Positions 17,245-19,332 of a stretch of DNA of 19,332 bases are shown here, piece by piece; within the stretch, counting starts at the first letter, position 1, and each line of letters opens with the position of its first letter. The position numbers and the translations under genes were made by a program. The notes beneath the pieces are model-generated. The model did not search any database. It was not told the DNA's origin and saw nothing but the letters and a program-made list of their open reading frames with translations. Source of the DNA: Kofleriaceae bacterium (GTDB lineage Bacteria; Myxococcota_A; Polyangia; Haliangiales; Haliangiaceae). Where the stretch lies: assembly GCA_046597055.1 (NCBI GenBank), contig JBKJLC010000270.1, positions 1-19,332 of the forward strand, written 5' to 3'.

Positions 17245-17532
17245 TCAGTTCGCGGCGGCGACGACGGAGTCGTCGGTCGGACGAGCGTAGACCGCGACAC
17301 GCATGCGGTCCTTGCCCTGGCGCTCGAACTTCACGAGCCCCTCGATCAGCGCGAAGAGCGTGAAATCTCTTCCGATTCCGACGTTCGCGCCCGGGTGGTA
17401 CTTGGTACCAACCTGCCGAACGATGATGGTGCCGGCCAAGACGGCCTGACCACCGTAACGCTTCACGCCCCGCATCTTCGGCAGCGAATCGCGGCCGTTG
17501 CGGGTCGAGCCCTGTCCCTTTTTATGAGCCAT
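17245..17532 (-). CDS. rpmA: 50S ribosomal protein bL27
   Basis: [16 protein letters not shown]...[29 protein letters not shown], with a GGAG RBS. Confidence 0.99.
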   Translation of the reverse strand: MAHKKGQGSTRNGRDSLPKMRGVKRYGGQAVLAGTIIVRQVGTKYHPGANVGIGRDFTLFALIEGLVKFERQGKDRMRVAVYARPTDDSVVAAAN

Positions 17533-17573
17533 GACGTACTCCGTGTTTGATCGGAAGGTTGATCCCGGAGGGA

Positions 17574-17888
17574 TCAGCCGACGATCGACTCGATCTTGAT
17601 GGCGGTCAGCTCTTGGCGATGACCGTTTCGGCGGACGTAGTTCTTCCGACGACGAAACTTGAAGACCACGAGCTTCTCGCCGAGCCCCTGCTCGACGATC
17701 TGGGCCGTCACCTTCGCGCCCGCGACGATGGGCATGCCCACCGCCACGTCTTTGTCATCTGCAGCGACGAGGAGCACCTGGTCGAAGGTGACCTGGTCAC
17801 CTGCGTTGCCCGGAAGCTTCTCGACCCACAGGGTCTGGCCTGGCTCGGCCCGGTACTGTTTGCCACCTGTTTGAATCACCGCGTACAT
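17574..17888 (-). CDS. rplU: 50S ribosomal protein bL21
   Basis: [12 protein letters not shown]...[20 protein letters not shown], with a GGAGAG RBS. Confidence 0.99.
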   Translation of the reverse strand: MYAVIQTGGKQYRAEPGQTLWVEKLPGNAGDQVTFDQVLLVAADDKDVAVGMPIVAGAKVTAQIVEQGLGEKLVVFKFRRRKNYVRRNGHRQELTAIKIESIVG

Positions 17889-17923
17889 GGCTTCTCTCCG
17901 CGATCGCGCGTTTGGAATCGCGG

Positions 17924-17951
17924 ACTTTACTCATGGCCGCCCCAAGGTCAA
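17924..17951 (-). promoter_or_regulatory. Sigma70-type promoter of rplU-rpmA
   Basis: Minus-strand TTGACC (17951-17946), 16 nt, TAAAGT (17929-17924), ending 35 nt upstream of the rplU ATG. Confidence 0.7.
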
Positions 17952-18079
17952 GCCTTTGCGAGGGGGTCTCCCCAAGCGAGCGTGATCGTTGTTGGATCCA
18001 ACCACCTTTTCTCGCGCCTCCCGGTGGGATGTGACCCTCATTATTTCTTCTTCGCATCCGGTGCCGCTACATTTGCGGG

Positions 18080-19141
18080 ATGAGGATCGCGCTGGCCCTG
18101 GCTTCGTTGGCCCTTGGACTTGCCGCTTGCGGCGACAATCTTGGCGGCGGGGGCTCCGGGCCCGACGCGGCAACCATCGATGGGCCAACCGATGGTCCGC
18201 CAGACGCCCCCCCCGACGCCAACTGTCCGGCACGGACAGTTGGCGCGGTCGGCGGACCATGCACGACCGACACGCAGTGCGATACCGCCGCGAACGCGCG
18301 AGATGGGATCTGTCTGACGGCCGCGCTGGGTGGCGTGCTGTGGCCGGCGGAAGGGTACTGCATCACCAAATACGATGTGTGCACCGCCGACGCCGACTGT
18401 GGCTCCGGGAACGTCTGCGTGTCGATCCAGGATCCCGCGGGCACGTTCCGCGCGTGTCTCCCCGGCTGCGGCACCGACCCCTGCGAATGCTCGAACAACC
18501 AGCTGTGCGGCGACAACCTCGCCGGTAGCGCCATGAACAAGACCGCGTGTCTGCCCGGCAACGGCGCGGCCGTCGACGGCGACGGCTGTTCTGGCTTCGG
18601 CGATTGCGACGAGAGCTCGTTCTGCCGCGCCGATAGCTTCGAGCACCCCGGTGGCCAGTGCATGCAGCTCGGCTGCACGATCGGCAACGATGCGACATGC
18701 ACCTCCGGCGGCGACAGCCACTGCATCGACCCCGGCTTCGTCAGCGCCGGCACCGGCTGCGTCGACGTTTGCGCGGCCGACGCCGACTGCCGTCAATCCG
18801 AAGGGTATCGTTGCTTCGACGGCGGGCCTGCGGCCGGGAAGTACTGCCGCCACCCGGAGACCGGCGATCCCTGCACCACCGATGCGGGCTGCGGTGATCC
18901 GGCGCTGTGGGACTGCAAGACCGGCGCGGCCTTTCCCGGCGGGTACTGCACCATCCAGGCGGCGTGCAACGCGACCAACGGCTCCGGATGTTCGTCCGGT
19001 TCGAGCGTGTGCCGCGACCCCGATCTGGCGGGCCCCGACCCGGCATTCTGTATTGACCGATGCACGGGCATCGGCCAAGGCACGTGCCGCACCTCGTACA
19101 CCTGCACACCGGTCCCGACTGGCGGTAGCGGCTGCATCTGA
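18080..19141 (+). CDS. Cys-rich myxobacterial-type surface lipoprotein (353 aa, 39 Cys, three internal repeats)
   Basis: LAA-C lipobox and an Asp/Pro linker. Repeated G-x2-C-x5-C...(P)xG(Y/Q)C...C-x3-C blocks. Confidence 0.88.
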   Translation: MRIALALASLALGLAACGDNLGGGGSGPDAATIDGPTDGPPDAPPDANCPARTVGAVGGPCTTDTQCDTAANARDGICLTAALGGVLWPAEGYCITKYDVCTADADCGSGNVCVSIQDPAGTFRACLPGCGTDPCECSNNQLCGDNLAGSAMNKTACLPGNGAAVDGDGCSGFGDCDESSFCRADSFEHPGGQCMQLGCTIGNDATCTSGGDSHCIDPGFVSAGTGCVDVCAADADCRQSEGYRCFDGGPAAGKYCRHPETGDPCTTDAGCGDPALWDCKTGAAFPGGYCTIQAACNATNGSGCSSGSSVCRDPDLAGPDPAFCIDRCTGIGQGTCRTSYTCTPVPTGGSGCI

Positions 19142-19170
19142 TCGGAGCTCGCCGCGTCGGCCAAGCGCCC

Positions 19171-19236
19171 TGACCGGCCCCGCCGCGATGACGCCCGCTG
19201 GTGACCGGCCCCGCCGCGATGACGCCCGCTGGTGAC
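19171..19236. repeat. Perfect 31-bp tandem duplication plus a 4-bp partial third copy
   Basis: tgaccggccccgccgcgatgacgcccgctgg at 19171-19201 and 19202-19232, then tgac. Confidence 0.92.
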
Positions 19237-19332
19237 GCGGCGCCCGCGCGGCGCGTCATCGGCTGTGATGAGCGAAAGGCGCGCGCGGGAGCGGCAACCG
19301 CGCCGCTGGGTGGCACGCTCCGCGCCATGGAT

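Noticed and set aside
19171..19236. Possible CRISPR array
   Set aside because: The repeats are directly adjacent with no spacer, there are only two copies, and no cas genes are present.

Overview
Very GC-rich bacterial DNA. The gene content points to a myxobacterium (Myxococcota): a Pkn-type kinase, Glt-like genes and Cys-rich lipoproteins. From left to right the window holds: (1) a membrane Ser/Thr kinase (-); (2) a small Cys-containing lipoprotein (+); (3) a tightly coupled six-gene minus-strand operon (12537->2764); (4) a lipoprotein (+); (5) obgE (-); (6) an ABC permease-like gene and an ATPase (+); (7) a lipoprotein (-); (8) rpmA and rplU (-); (9) a 39-Cys lipoprotein (+); (10) a 31-bp tandem duplication. 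The operon encodes an uncharacterised Pro/Thr-rich exported protein followed by GltC-, GltD-, GltE-, GltF- and GltG-like proteins. It is an Agl-Glt/Nfs-type envelope module, but the window has no TolQR-like motor genes and no GltA/B/H beta-barrel genes. This variant Glt module is the most interesting element. Also notable: the usual rplU-rpmA-obgE order is interrupted by three genes, and two (possibly three) lipoprotein genes look leaderless. No rRNA, tRNA, CRISPR array or mobile element was recognised. Family assignments come from motif recognition and gene order only, without database searches.
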